Source: Bacilli bacterium
GTDB lineage: Bacteria > Bacillota_I > Bacilli_A > RFN20 > CAG-826
DNA length: 56,294 bases
Assembly: GCA_017442875.1 (NCBI GenBank)
Contig: JAFSPN010000025.1
Location: forward strand, 1 to 56,294
Direction of reading: 5' to 3'
Under the pieces are notes generated by a model. It did not search any database, was not told the DNA's origin, and worked only from the letters and a program-made list of their open reading frames with translations. Positions within the stretch are counted from its first letter, which is position 1. The number at the start of each line of letters is the position of its first letter. This document shows positions 8,398 through 18,123 of this stretch, in pieces. A program made the translations under genes and the position numbers.

Positions 8398-10113
8398 CTA
8401 TTTATATTGTGATGAATATAAGGAATAGTAGAATCCTTGTTTTTGCATTAATTCTTTGTGATTACCAGTTTCCACTATTCCACCATCTTTCATAACGATA
8501 ATAATGTCGGCTTTTTCAATTGTGGATAATCTATGAGCAATAACGATTGATGTTTTTTCTTTCATCATTTGATCAAACGCTTGTGTAATGAGCATTTCAC
8601 TACGAGTGTCGATATTAGATGTCGCTTCATCCAAAATGACTAGTTCAGGATTTAAGAGCATCACTCTAGCAATCGCAATCATTTGTCTTTGACCTTCTGA
8701 TAAACCAGATTTGTTACTCACTAACGTCATATAGCCATTAGGAAGAGTGTTAATAAAAATATCAGCGTGTGCCTTTCTTGCGGCCTCAACAACTTCTTCT
8801 TGGCTAGCCTCTTTTTTGAAGTAACGAATGTTGTCTAAAATCGTCCCACTAAAAATCCAAGTGTCTTGCAAAACCATACCGATTTTTTGTCTTAAAGATT
8901 GCTTAGAAATGTCCAAAGAAGATTGTCCGTTTATGCATATATTTCCAGAGACCGGATCATAGAATCTCATGAGTAAATTTATGAGTGTTGTTTTGCCAGC
9001 GCCAGTCGGTCCAACAACCGCTACTTTTTGACCTTTTTTGATTGCTAAGTTAAAGCCCTCAATAAGCTTCTGATTTTCACTATATGAGAAGGTCATGTTT
9101 TTAAATTCAATAGACTCAATTGAAGAGATATTGTCGAATCCGTCATCAACATCGTTTTCAAGATTTAAGAAGTTATTAATCCTAGTAAAAGACGCCTTAG
9201 CATTCTCATATTCTGCAGCGACATTTGAGATCTCGTTAAATGGTTTACTATATTGATTTGTATAGGATAAAAAGCTTGACAACCGACCAATGGTCATGAC
9301 TGCGAAAACGACCGCAAGCTTTGCATCATATGAGAGCATAACAACGCCAACAACACCGATTAAAATGTAAATTGTGTTGTTCACTAATCTTGTTGATGGA
9401 TTGACCCAACAAGCAGAAAACTGCGCAGATCTGGCTTCTTTTTGCAGTTTTCCGTTCATTTCGCCGAATTTTCTAATAGATTCTTCCTCATAATTCAAAG
9501 ATTGGACTATATCGATGTTATTAAGCGTTTCTAATGAGATAGAGGAGACATTAGCTTGAAGTTCACTTTGCTTTTTGAAACGCTGACGATTGGCTTTCGA
9601 AATGATGTTTGCCATGATCATACTAAGCGGGGAGAGAACAATAACGCCAACGGCCAAAATCCAGTTCACTGCAAACATCATGATAATCGTTACAGCAATG
9701 GTGAAAATACCTTGAATTAATGTTTTGAAGACAGCATATAATCCAGCGGATAAATTCTCCATATCTCTAATCTCAAGAAGCACTAAATCACCATGGGCTT
9801 TTTGATCAAATTCTTTTATCGAAATAGCGTTGATTTTTTCAAAGACATCGTCTCTTGCTTTTTTAATTATTTTTTGAGAAACATTCATTACAATAACTTC
9901 AAAAATATAAGCAAAAATAGCGCCGATAACGACCAAGCCAAGAGCGATGAAAACATAAATATAAAACTCTTTTTGTTCAGCATCTAGCGCTCTGCCCAAT
10001 AAGAAAGGTTGTCCGATTTGGCTGATAGTAAAAAGCAAAGCAAAAAGTAGCGAAGTGACAAGCGACACACGCATTGGTTTTAAATATTTAAACAATCTCT
10101 CTTTAGATGTCAT
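8398..10113 (-). CDS. ABC exporter fused permease/ATPase subunit with a consensus ATP site
   Basis: It has a six-TM N-terminal half, Walker A GPTGAGKTT, signature LSEGQRQ, and Walker B VILDEATS with the catalytic Glu. Confidence 0.9.
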   Translation of the reverse strand: MTSKERLFKYLKPMRVSLVTSLLFALLFTISQIGQPFLLGRALDAEQKEFYIYVFIALGLVVIGAIFAYIFEVIVMNVSQKIIKKARDDVFEKINAISIKEFDQKAHGDLVLLEIRDMENLSAGLYAVFKTLIQGIFTIAVTIIMMFAVNWILAVGVIVLSPLSMIMANIISKANRQRFKKQSELQANVSSISLETLNNIDIVQSLNYEEESIRKFGEMNGKLQKEARSAQFSACWVNPSTRLVNNTIYILIGVVGVVMLSYDAKLAVVFAVMTIGRLSSFLSYTNQYSKPFNEISNVAAEYENAKASFTRINNFLNLENDVDDGFDNISSIESIEFKNMTFSYSENQKLIEGFNLAIKKGQKVAVVGPTGAGKTTLINLLMRFYDPVSGNICINGQSSLDISKQSLRQKIGMVLQDTWIFSGTILDNIRYFKKEASQEEVVEAARKAHADIFINTLPNGYMTLVSNKSGLSEGQRQMIAIARVMLLNPELVILDEATSNIDTRSEMLITQAFDQMMKEKTSIVIAHRLSTIEKADIIIVMKDGGIVETGNHKELMQKQGFYYSLYSSQYK

Positions 10114-10114
10114 T

Positions 10115-11911
10115 TCAACTCCTCTTCACCTGTGTCTCATATATCTCTTTATAAATTGGACAATTATTTAACAAATCATCGTGCTTTCCTTGCCCCACAA
10201 CTTGTCCACCTTCTAAAACCAAGATGAAATCAGCGTTTTGAATCGTCGATATTCTTTGAGAAACAATAACTTTGGTCATTTCTTTAATAGCGGCTATATT
10301 TGTTCTAATCTTTTTATCAGTTAAAAGATCTAACGCTGACATCGAATCATCAAGAATTAATAACTCAGGTTTTTTAACTAATGCCCTACCAATGCACAGC
10401 CTTTGTTTCTGGCCACCTGAATAGTTAGAAGCGCCTTCTTTAACGGGATGATCGATTTTGTCCTCATATCTATCAACAAACTCAAAAGCCTCTGCTTGTT
10501 TTAAAGCGCTATAAATATCTTCATCACTTGCGGTCTTGTTGCTCATTAAATAATTGGACTTAATCGTGCCATTGAATAACGATGATTTCTGATTAACTAA
10601 TCCAATATCATTTCGTAAAGCTTTTAAATCATATTCCCTGATAGGAACACCTTTGTAATAAATCGTGCCTTCAGAGACATCGTAAAACCTTTCTATTAAG
10701 TTAATAATCGTGGTTTTACCGCTACCAGTTCCACCGATAATGCCGAACGTTTCGCCTTTTCTTATCTCAAAGTTGAGATTATTTAAAAAATAAACACCAT
10801 CATTAAATGAAAAACTGACATTTTCAAATTTAATGAGTTCTTCGCCTGCTTTTACTTCGCTAATTTTAGAATTCGTATTGCTGGTAATTTCTGATTCAAT
10901 AGCAAAAACGGTATTGATTCTTCTTCGGCAAATGCCGGCTTTAACAATTTCCACACTGATTTGCGATAACTGTGTAAAGGCAAAGAATATCTGTGCCAAG
11001 AAAGCCATTTCGGCAATAATTGTGGAAGATACTAAAACGCGATTCTCAAATAAATCATTTTGTAATAACAAAACAATGACAATTAAGACTGTTGAAGTGA
11101 TTGCAAATGTTAATGGATTGATAAGGGCGTTAAGGCGATTTACTTTAATGCTCTTTTCTTTATAAGATCTCGTTTTTTCTTCAAATTTTTGGTTTTCTTG
11201 TTTTTCTTGATTACTTGCTCTTATGACACGCGCACCATCACTTGTTTCGTTTGTGCTTTCTGACAAACCTTCTAAGTCATTTTGAATTTCGATATATTTC
11301 TTTGATGATTGTTTAAGAATCAAAATGTTGACTAAAAGCACTAAAGGGGCAATGGCGGTGAAAGCCAAACCCACTCTCCAATCCAAAACAAAGGAAAGAA
11401 CAAGTGAGCCAATAACAGTAAAAGGAGCGCGAACAATTAGTCTAATTAGTAAGTAAACGCCTTGCTGCACTTGATAAGTATCACTATTCAATAAGGTGAC
11501 TAGCTTAGCTTCGCCTATATCTTCTCTTTCTTTTTTGGATAAGCTTAATAATTTAGCGTATAAAGAGGTTCTGATTTCCGTTCCGACATTTGTTGAAGCT
11601 CTCGCGGCCAAATATTGGCTACACATGGTGATAGCATATCCGACAATGCCCATTATCAGAATGATTAGAGCTCCAGCAATCGCATCCCCTATCGCAGTTT
11701 TGCTAGGATTAAAAATCCTAATAAAAGAAGCTAAACGAGAACTTATAATATGCGGAATATCGCTAGGATTTTGGTAGGCATTTAAATCAATAATAGCCTT
11801 CATGAATAAAGGGATAAGCAAATCAAAAAATGCTTCAATAATCTTTAAGAACGGACCAAAGATGATGCTAGCAAGATTGCGTTTATATGACTGTTCAACT
11901 CTCGTTATCAT
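10115..11911 (-). CDS. ABC exporter fused permease/ATPase subunit with a degenerate ATP site
   Basis: It has Walker A GGTGSGKTT and signature YSGGQKQ. Walker B is LILDDSMS, with Asp replacing the catalytic Glu. Its stop lies 1 nt before the next start, which suggests translational coupling. Confidence 0.9.
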   Translation of the reverse strand: MITRVEQSYKRNLASIIFGPFLKIIEAFFDLLIPLFMKAIIDLNAYQNPSDIPHIISSRLASFIRIFNPSKTAIGDAIAGALIILIMGIVGYAITMCSQYLAARASTNVGTEIRTSLYAKLLSLSKKEREDIGEAKLVTLLNSDTYQVQQGVYLLIRLIVRAPFTVIGSLVLSFVLDWRVGLAFTAIAPLVLLVNILILKQSSKKYIEIQNDLEGLSESTNETSDGARVIRASNQEKQENQKFEEKTRSYKEKSIKVNRLNALINPLTFAITSTVLIVIVLLLQNDLFENRVLVSSTIIAEMAFLAQIFFAFTQLSQISVEIVKAGICRRRINTVFAIESEITSNTNSKISEVKAGEELIKFENVSFSFNDGVYFLNNLNFEIRKGETFGIIGGTGSGKTTIINLIERFYDVSEGTIYYKGVPIREYDLKALRNDIGLVNQKSSLFNGTIKSNYLMSNKTASDEDIYSALKQAEAFEFVDRYEDKIDHPVKEGASNYSGGQKQRLCIGRALVKKPELLILDDSMSALDLLTDKKIRTNIAAIKEMTKVIVSQRISTIQNADFILVLEGGQVVGQGKHDDLLNNCPIYKEIYETQVKRS

Positions 11912-12016
11912 TGCAATTTAGTTTATCACTTATACAAAATAATTACTATTTTGATTTAGCCCTTCTATCATAATAAAAGACTATGCTAAAATAATTTCAT
12001 TCTGGAGTCTTATCAT

Positions 12017-14965
12017 ATGAGTAAAACATTTATTTCGTATTCGTCAAACGATCAGCTTTTTGCTGACCGTCTTGTTGCCTATCTTGAAGACAAGGGAATT
12101 CCTTGTTGGATTGCCTCTCGCGACATTCCAAGTGGCAAAGATTTTACTGAGTGCATTACCGAGGCTATTGAAAACTGTCAATACTTTGTATTAATTGGTT
12201 CTGAAAGTTCCAATATATCTCGCCAAGTCAGAAATGAAATAGCCATGGCTTTTGATCAAGAAAAAACCATCATTCCCTATAAAATTGAAGACTTTAAATT
12301 TTCCGACTCCATCAACTACTATTTAAGATTAAAGCAATACATTCACGCTTTTAGGTATTCAGAAACGGAAGGCTTTGACAGACTCGCCAATTCAATTCTT
12401 AACGACATTAAAGAAATTGCCGACGACAAAATGTCTTATGCACCAGCATTAGAAAGTGATCTTGGATCTGACTTTGATCGAAAAAGAATCGGTGAATTAT
12501 TAATTGAAAGGAATAGGAAATACCCTTCTTCACTCTACTCAAAATTTAACAAGCAAAAAGAGAAGGTTGACGAGTATCGCCAATTATCCAGCGTTTTTTA
12601 TAAGCAAGCCTTTACATTAAAACATCTCAATAAAGCAATCGAAACCGATGATTTAATCAATGAACTTATTGATAGAATTGAAGATTGTAACCAAGAGATG
12701 GTCTTTAGATTACAAGCACCAGCGGGTGTTGGCAAAAACCATCTCATGCAATCGTTATTCTTTAATATGATAGAAAGATTCATGAATAACGAGAGTGATA
12801 TCCTTCCTATCTATATTCCTTTTGATTATTTCACGAAGGTGAATAGAAATGACCATGATTCGGAAATTTCGATGTATACCATTTTAAAAAATGAATATAT
12901 TGAGGCTATTAACTTCTGTTTAAACAACCATGAAGTCACCGCTTTTATCATGTTTGATTCCATCACAAATTATTTAATTTCACAAAAACCACCGGAGACG
13001 TGCACTAAAAGATTGTTCTCGTTCCTACCAAACATCAAAAAAGCAATGGCTATTGACCGCGGCCCAACGAGAAACCCAATAAGACTTAAAAAAGACTACA
13101 TTTTCATGGATCAAATACCCCGCTATATCATCGAGGCTAATTTAATTTTTGCATCCGATAAAGAAGGCGCGATGAAATATTTGGAAACAGTCTGTAAATT
13201 ATTTGATTGTAGTGTTACTCCAGAAGATATTTACGAAACAAGCAAAGAATTAGGCTTTGGCTGGTTTGATCCTAGCATTTGCAATCTCATTGAAGAAGAG
13301 ATTATGGGTAATATTTCTGACATCTCTTCTTTAACCATGGCAGATGTTTATGAAAATCATGTTTTAAGAATATTAGATAATAACAAGAACGCTTTAGTGG
13401 CCACTGCGAAGATGGCATATCGCTACATGACCACCAACGAAAAATTTGACGACGAATATTCTAACGATGGCTGGATTGTTATTGGTAAACATGGAACATT
13501 CACTTCTTTCTTAATGGCATACTATCTAAGGTGCGAATTAGAAAATTATTCTAAAGAAAGCAATCCTGAATGTTTTATTAGATTCTATCCAAAACGCGTT
13601 GTTAGTTTTATTGCCATGTATATTGAAAAATCAAACGTTCTCCAAAGAGCGGTTATTAACTTAATTAAAGATAATTACAAGGAAAGAAACGACTCTGAAA
13701 GAGCGAGATTGATTTTCTGGGCTGCCTATATATCCAACCCCGCTTTAAAATCTGAAATCGATCAATTTGTGCTCGATGAATTAAAACGTATCACACCACT
13801 AGTAAAAGAGAGTAATAAAAAGAACCCAGAAGAAGATACCGAAGGTGTAAGATCGTTACAAATTCTTTATCGAATCCTTGTTCAAGTATCTCTTGAAATG
13901 GGCAAGACCACATATATTGATGGCTTCTTATGCAATTTGCTTGTCTCCGACCAAGCTAACAGTATAAACAAAGGTTATTTGTTGTTCTATTACAGTGATG
14001 TCCCTGTAGATTTCACCGAAAGATCAATACGTTTTTATGATCCAGTTGAACTTGGTTTTAGAACAATCAATCGTTTAAACGAGATATTATCAACCGAACT
14101 ATCTAGTCCACGCAACAACCGACCAATCGAGTTGTTCTTGTTCTCCTTCTTCTCCCTTTTGCAAACACGTATTGAGTTTGGCACGCCAGAACTCCCCAGA
14201 GTGGATTTGGTCCAAATGTGTAAAAACGCTATTAAATACTTCCAACAATATAAGAGGAGGCAATCAGTTATTACCTCAAGAAGAACAATACGATACTTTG
14301 AAAGTATGTGTGAAGACTTTAGCACTTTCATTGAAAGAGGAAGAAAAATTAATTTCGGCGCGGAAATTCTCAATCCGATGCTCAATCCAAACCTCACACC
14401 AAGAGCAAACTGGCAAGGTGTCAAAACAAGCCGCGTTGAAACAGTAGCAGAACACTTGTATGGCACTTTCTTAATCGGTATGTTCCTTTTACCAGCGCAA
14501 AGTAATGATGCGGAAGGATATAACAAAAAAGAAATCCTAGATATGCTGTTAATTCACGACATTGGTGAGGTACGTGCGGGTGATAATTCCAGTATAGTTA
14601 ACGAAACACAAAAGCTGGTTGATGAAGCTAATGAAGACAAAGAAATGCGCATGCTCATGCAAAAAGGCACATACGCAGAAATCGCTAACTTATCAACATT
14701 CTATAATCAATGGAGTGGCTTCGAAGAGAAAATGAATGTCAACGCCAAGATAGCTCACGACATTGATATTATTCACACAATCTATCGCTTTTTGCTTTAT
14801 TACAACGAATCCAAAGAAAACTTCACACAAGAAGAAATCGAAGCCTTTGCGGATAGACGCAACGACATCATTACAGAAATCGGCATGAAAACATACCAAA
14901 CGATTATCTTGGATAACGAATTGTTCTTTGATGCATGCCAAGAATTAGGATTAGAAATTATCTAA
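12017..14965 (+). CDS. TIR - STAND-like P-loop NTPase - helical region - YfbR-type HD phosphohydrolase fusion protein
   Basis: A GGAG SD is present. The TIR domain reads TFISYSSNDQLFADRLVAYLEDKGIPCWIASRDIPSGKDF...SRQVRNEIAMA. The P-loop is QAPAGVGKN and the Walker-B-like motif is AFIMFDS. The C-terminal HD reads VAEHLYGTF...LLIHDIGEVRAGD, the 5'-deoxynucleotidase YfbR/HDDC2 pattern. Confidence 0.75.
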   Translation: MSKTFISYSSNDQLFADRLVAYLEDKGIPCWIASRDIPSGKDFTECITEAIENCQYFVLIGSESSNISRQVRNEIAMAFDQEKTIIPYKIEDFKFSDSINYYLRLKQYIHAFRYSETEGFDRLANSILNDIKEIADDKMSYAPALESDLGSDFDRKRIGELLIERNRKYPSSLYSKFNKQKEKVDEYRQLSSVFYKQAFTLKHLNKAIETDDLINELIDRIEDCNQEMVFRLQAPAGVGKNHLMQSLFFNMIERFMNNESDILPIYIPFDYFTKVNRNDHDSEISMYTILKNEYIEAINFCLNNHEVTAFIMFDSITNYLISQKPPETCTKRLFSFLPNIKKAMAIDRGPTRNPIRLKKDYIFMDQIPRYIIEANLIFASDKEGAMKYLETVCKLFDCSVTPEDIYETSKELGFGWFDPSICNLIEEEIMGNISDISSLTMADVYENHVLRILDNNKNALVATAKMAYRYMTTNEKFDDEYSNDGWIVIGKHGTFTSFLMAYYLRCELENYSKESNPECFIRFYPKRVVSFIAMYIEKSNVLQRAVINLIKDNYKERNDSERARLIFWAAYISNPALKSEIDQFVLDELKRITPLVKESNKKNPEEDTEGVRSLQILYRILVQVSLEMGKTTYIDGFLCNLLVSDQANSINKGYLLFYYSDVPVDFTERSIRFYDPVELGFRTINRLNEILSTELSSPRNNRPIELFLFSFFSLLQTRIEFGTPELPRVDLVQMCKNAIKYFQQYKRRQSVITSRRTIRYFESMCEDFSTFIERGRKINFGAEILNPMLNPNLTPRANWQGVKTSRVETVAEHLYGTFLIGMFLLPAQSNDAEGYNKKEILDMLLIHDIGEVRAGDNSSIVNETQKLVDEANEDKEMRMLMQKGTYAEIANLSTFYNQWSGFEEKMNVNAKIAHDIDIIHTIYRFLLYYNESKENFTQEEIEAFADRRNDIITEIGMKTYQTIILDNELFFDACQELGLEII

Positions 14966-17186
14966 TAACATCGATGATGCTAATATCTTCATCTCTTAAG
15001 CCTCTTTGCTTTTTGGCAATTAAGAGATTGTGATAAGTACCACCTTGATTCATATAAGCGCCCTTCTCATCCTGTAAAACTTTTTCAAAACCATCCCAGA
15101 TAGCAATCATTTTCTGGGATCTTTTGATGTTATATAGGGCAGCGCCCAAATAGATATAATCAGGATCATCAATAACTTTTAGCGAAACACATTGGGCAAT
15201 TAAGTTTCTCCAACGATTTTCATCATCTTCATTAAAACGATAACCACATGCTTTTGCATCATTTTTAATGCTTTCTACATACTTTTCATACGGCATTGGA
15301 ATAGCCGCTTTTATGGTGATGCCGAGTTCAACTGCGCATTCGGCGATTAAAGTATCAGCGCCATAGGCGAAGTTTGTTCTCACCACAACACGGTAATCTT
15401 TTTGATAACCTTTTAAGATATCTTTGATTTTTTCTTTCAACCCCGGATATTCCATCGAAAGATCACGATGACCACAACCAGTAACGTTCAAGACCGGTTT
15501 CCAACCTCTTCTATACGAATAAATACGAACACCGTGTCCTTTTTCATAGAGCAACGGAACCATATTTTCAATCATTTGATAGTCTTTCTTTTTATCAATT
15601 TCACTAAGGACATCAAATGGAACGATGTCTTTATGAATTTTCTTCTTGTTTCTTTCTTGACTGTCTTTATAGTCAGTGCCATATTTCCAACCAGCGGCAA
15701 GTTTTTCTCTCACCCATCGTAGATGCTCTTCTCTAGCAAGGAAGGATAAATCGTTTTTATTACCATTTCCATCTTCTTCATCTGAGAACTTTTCAACAAT
15801 GGGATAATCAAGTTCCTTGTCGCTATAGAAGCAGTTGATAAGTTCCAATTTCCAAGAATATGATTTAGCTTGTTCAATGTTGGAAATCTTATATTCTAAC
15901 GGTAAATCGTTAAAGTCTTCAGGAACATTCGGTTTTTCACCATTATCCAAACATAGTTTGATATAACTATTATGGATTGCCAAAGCAAAGTCCGCTAAGT
16001 TGATAAGCTTATCACTGCTCGCGAATGTCTTGATGTCTTTATGCTTGTGCTCGATTTTAAATGCGGCATTGATTTTTACGTGTGGAATAACCGCATCAGT
16101 AATTTTGCTTAAGAACTTACCATTAATAATCTCGTTAGCGTTCTTGTTATCATAAGTACCATCGATCATTCTGTGGCAGGAGTCATCATCAAAGATGAAT
16201 AGGAGATTGATGCTTTCATCATCAACACCCATTCTAAAATCCCAAGCGATTGGGGTTTTCTTGCTTTTCAAGCCGAAGGCTTGCCTATCCCAGTTTTGTA
16301 GCTCATCACATAACATGAGAAGATAAGCTAATGGGTGAACGTTCATCGATGTTGGATGTTTAATGCCTGTTGTTAAATCTAAACCAAACCTCACGATGCT
16401 GTTGTGGAGCAATATTGCTGTTAAAGCATCTAATAATGGTTCATTTAATGGAATACGCTCCACCATCAATTGATGAGCGATAATAATAGAAGAGAAATAA
16501 GCATGATCAGCAAAACCAATGCCAAGTGGTCTTTTTTCCAATAAATCAAAGAGCTGCTCATATGAAAAATAAGTAAGTCTTTTAGAAACCGCTTCTGCAT
16601 ATAACTCTGTGAGCGTTTTCTTTTTGCTAACGCTTTGCCAGTCTTCCGACAAAGTTAATAATTCATCGATATCAAGATAGGCGACATGGGGCACTTTCAT
16701 CTCTTCCCCCAAAGTATCTTTCACATAGTTTTTGATTTGTTCATGCGCTAATTGGAAAGGATAACCAATATCATGGAAAAGACCCACCAAACCCCAATAT
16801 CTTAAAAAATCTGTATCGCTAAAATGTTCTTTATCATAAAAGCATTTTATTTTGTTTCTGAATGACAAGTTATTCGCGTATATAGCCAAGCCTAGTGCAA
16901 AAACATAAACGGAATGGGAATAATGGTCTCTATGTTTTTCAAGTAGTTCACCACTATGGTATTCGTGGTCAGAAAGGAATTCGACCAGTTTACCTAATCT
17001 ATCATATGAAGAACCGAATATTTTGAATATTTCACAATAACAATAATAGACAGTAAAAGCGTCTTCTTTCTTACCAGAAAGACAGAAACTATGTAACGAG
17101 CGCTTTAGACAGTCTAAATCATTTTTATCAATATCAAAACTACTATCAAAAAACTTCGTTGATAAATCGGCTAAGTGTTCATACAT
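14958..17186 (-). CDS. HD phosphohydrolase - RyR domain - SLOG (LOG/DprA-like Rossmann) fusion protein
   Basis: The N-terminal HD reads HYSHSVYVFALG...GLFHDIGYPFQ...LCDELQNWDR. The RyR domain reads EEHLRWVREKLAAGWKYG...IVPFDVLSEIDKKKDY. The C-terminal SLOG-like module reads AYGADTLIAECAVELGITIKAAIPMPY...IAIWDG...NQGGTYH. Its stop overlaps the stop of the TIR gene by 8 nt. Confidence 0.65.
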   Translation of the reverse strand: MYEHLADLSTKFFDSSFDIDKNDLDCLKRSLHSFCLSGKKEDAFTVYYCYCEIFKIFGSSYDRLGKLVEFLSDHEYHSGELLEKHRDHYSHSVYVFALGLAIYANNLSFRNKIKCFYDKEHFSDTDFLRYWGLVGLFHDIGYPFQLAHEQIKNYVKDTLGEEMKVPHVAYLDIDELLTLSEDWQSVSKKKTLTELYAEAVSKRLTYFSYEQLFDLLEKRPLGIGFADHAYFSSIIIAHQLMVERIPLNEPLLDALTAILLHNSIVRFGLDLTTGIKHPTSMNVHPLAYLLMLCDELQNWDRQAFGLKSKKTPIAWDFRMGVDDESINLLFIFDDDSCHRMIDGTYDNKNANEIINGKFLSKITDAVIPHVKINAAFKIEHKHKDIKTFASSDKLINLADFALAIHNSYIKLCLDNGEKPNVPEDFNDLPLEYKISNIEQAKSYSWKLELINCFYSDKELDYPIVEKFSDEEDGNGNKNDLSFLAREEHLRWVREKLAAGWKYGTDYKDSQERNKKKIHKDIVPFDVLSEIDKKKDYQMIENMVPLLYEKGHGVRIYSYRRGWKPVLNVTGCGHRDLSMEYPGLKEKIKDILKGYQKDYRVVVRTNFAYGADTLIAECAVELGITIKAAIPMPYEKYVESIKNDAKACGYRFNEDDENRWRNLIAQCVSLKVIDDPDYIYLGAALYNIKRSQKMIAIWDGFEKVLQDEKGAYMNQGGTYHNLLIAKKQRGLRDEDISIIDVIR

Positions 17187-17245
17187 AAATAATTACCCCA
17201 ATAAGGATATTATAACGGCACTTATTGTTTTTTAAAACCAAATGC

Positions 17246-17875
17246 CTAAATATAATGACTTAAAACAACCCAAACCGCTAAAAGTATAAGAATGCATCCA
17301 CCAATAATAACAGATATTTCCGTTTTGCCCTTTAATAGTTTTAAGATTTGTTTGCCGAGGAACAGACCGATTAAACACATTACAAAGGTAATCACGCCGA
17401 TAATGGATATGTGTAACCAGATTGTAAGATTATTCGATAAACCAGCATATAAAGATATACCAACCGCCATCGCATCGATCGCGGTCGCCACACCCATAAT
17501 TAATACTTCTTTAATAGAAAATAGTTTAGTTTGTTTTTTTTCGATAGGTTTTCTAATTTCAACAATGCCTTCAATAACCATTTTGATACCGATGAGCAAT
17601 AAAAGGGTGAAGGAAACCCAAGTAATAACAACACCAAAGATATGAATCGCATCAGAAGAATCGCTTGATCCAACGGCAAACGATATTAATTCAACAGCAA
17701 AATAGCCAATTGCTGGCATAAGCGCTTGCATAATTCCAAATGTCGCGGCAATAAAGAAAATTTTCTTCTTATTGATATCGCTATAAACTAGACCATCAGT
17801 CAAAGCGACAGCAAAAGCGTCCATTGCTAAAGCAATTCCAAAGAAAATGATGCTAACAATTATTTCCAAAGTCAT
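17246..17875 (-). CDS. mntP: manganese efflux pump MntP family
   Basis: It has six TM helices in a duplicated arrangement, with the two characteristic motifs LAMDAFAVA and TAIDAMAVG. A TATAAT box ends 7 nt before the ATG and no SD is present, so the mRNA may be leaderless. Confidence 0.85.
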   Translation of the reverse strand: MTLEIIVSIIFFGIALAMDAFAVALTDGLVYSDINKKKIFFIAATFGIMQALMPAIGYFAVELISFAVGSSDSSDAIHIFGVVITWVSFTLLLLIGIKMVIEGIVEIRKPIEKKQTKLFSIKEVLIMGVATAIDAMAVGISLYAGLSNNLTIWLHISIIGVITFVMCLIGLFLGKQILKLLKGKTEISVIIGGCILILLAVWVVLSHYI

Positions 17876-18123
17876 AAGAGTTATTATAGACTCTATTTGC
17901 TTTATTAAAAGCAGTATTTAAATTTACTTCAAATTCTAAAAGCCACAAAAGACAAAAATAAGAGATACGTGCATCAATTAACGCCGTTTTAAGACACCGC
18001 GGATGACTGGCTTGACTTCAAGAGTATTTAGCAATTTCAATTTGCTTTACGAAAACTGCCTATCGTAAATGCTAATTTGCTTTTATCGCGTGGGTGTGAT
18101 AATATACTCGCGGCGTTAAAAGC

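Noticed and set aside
17876-18123. An expected yybP-ykoY manganese riboswitch upstream of mntP.
   Set aside because: I looked on the minus strand for the conserved GGGGAGUAG, UUGACAU and GAGACC elements and found none. A TATAAT box ends 7 nt from the ATG, which suggests a leaderless mRNA instead. A long-range complement (TTAACGCCG at 17977-17985 and CGGCGTTAA at 18110-18118) exists, but I could not tie it to a known motif.
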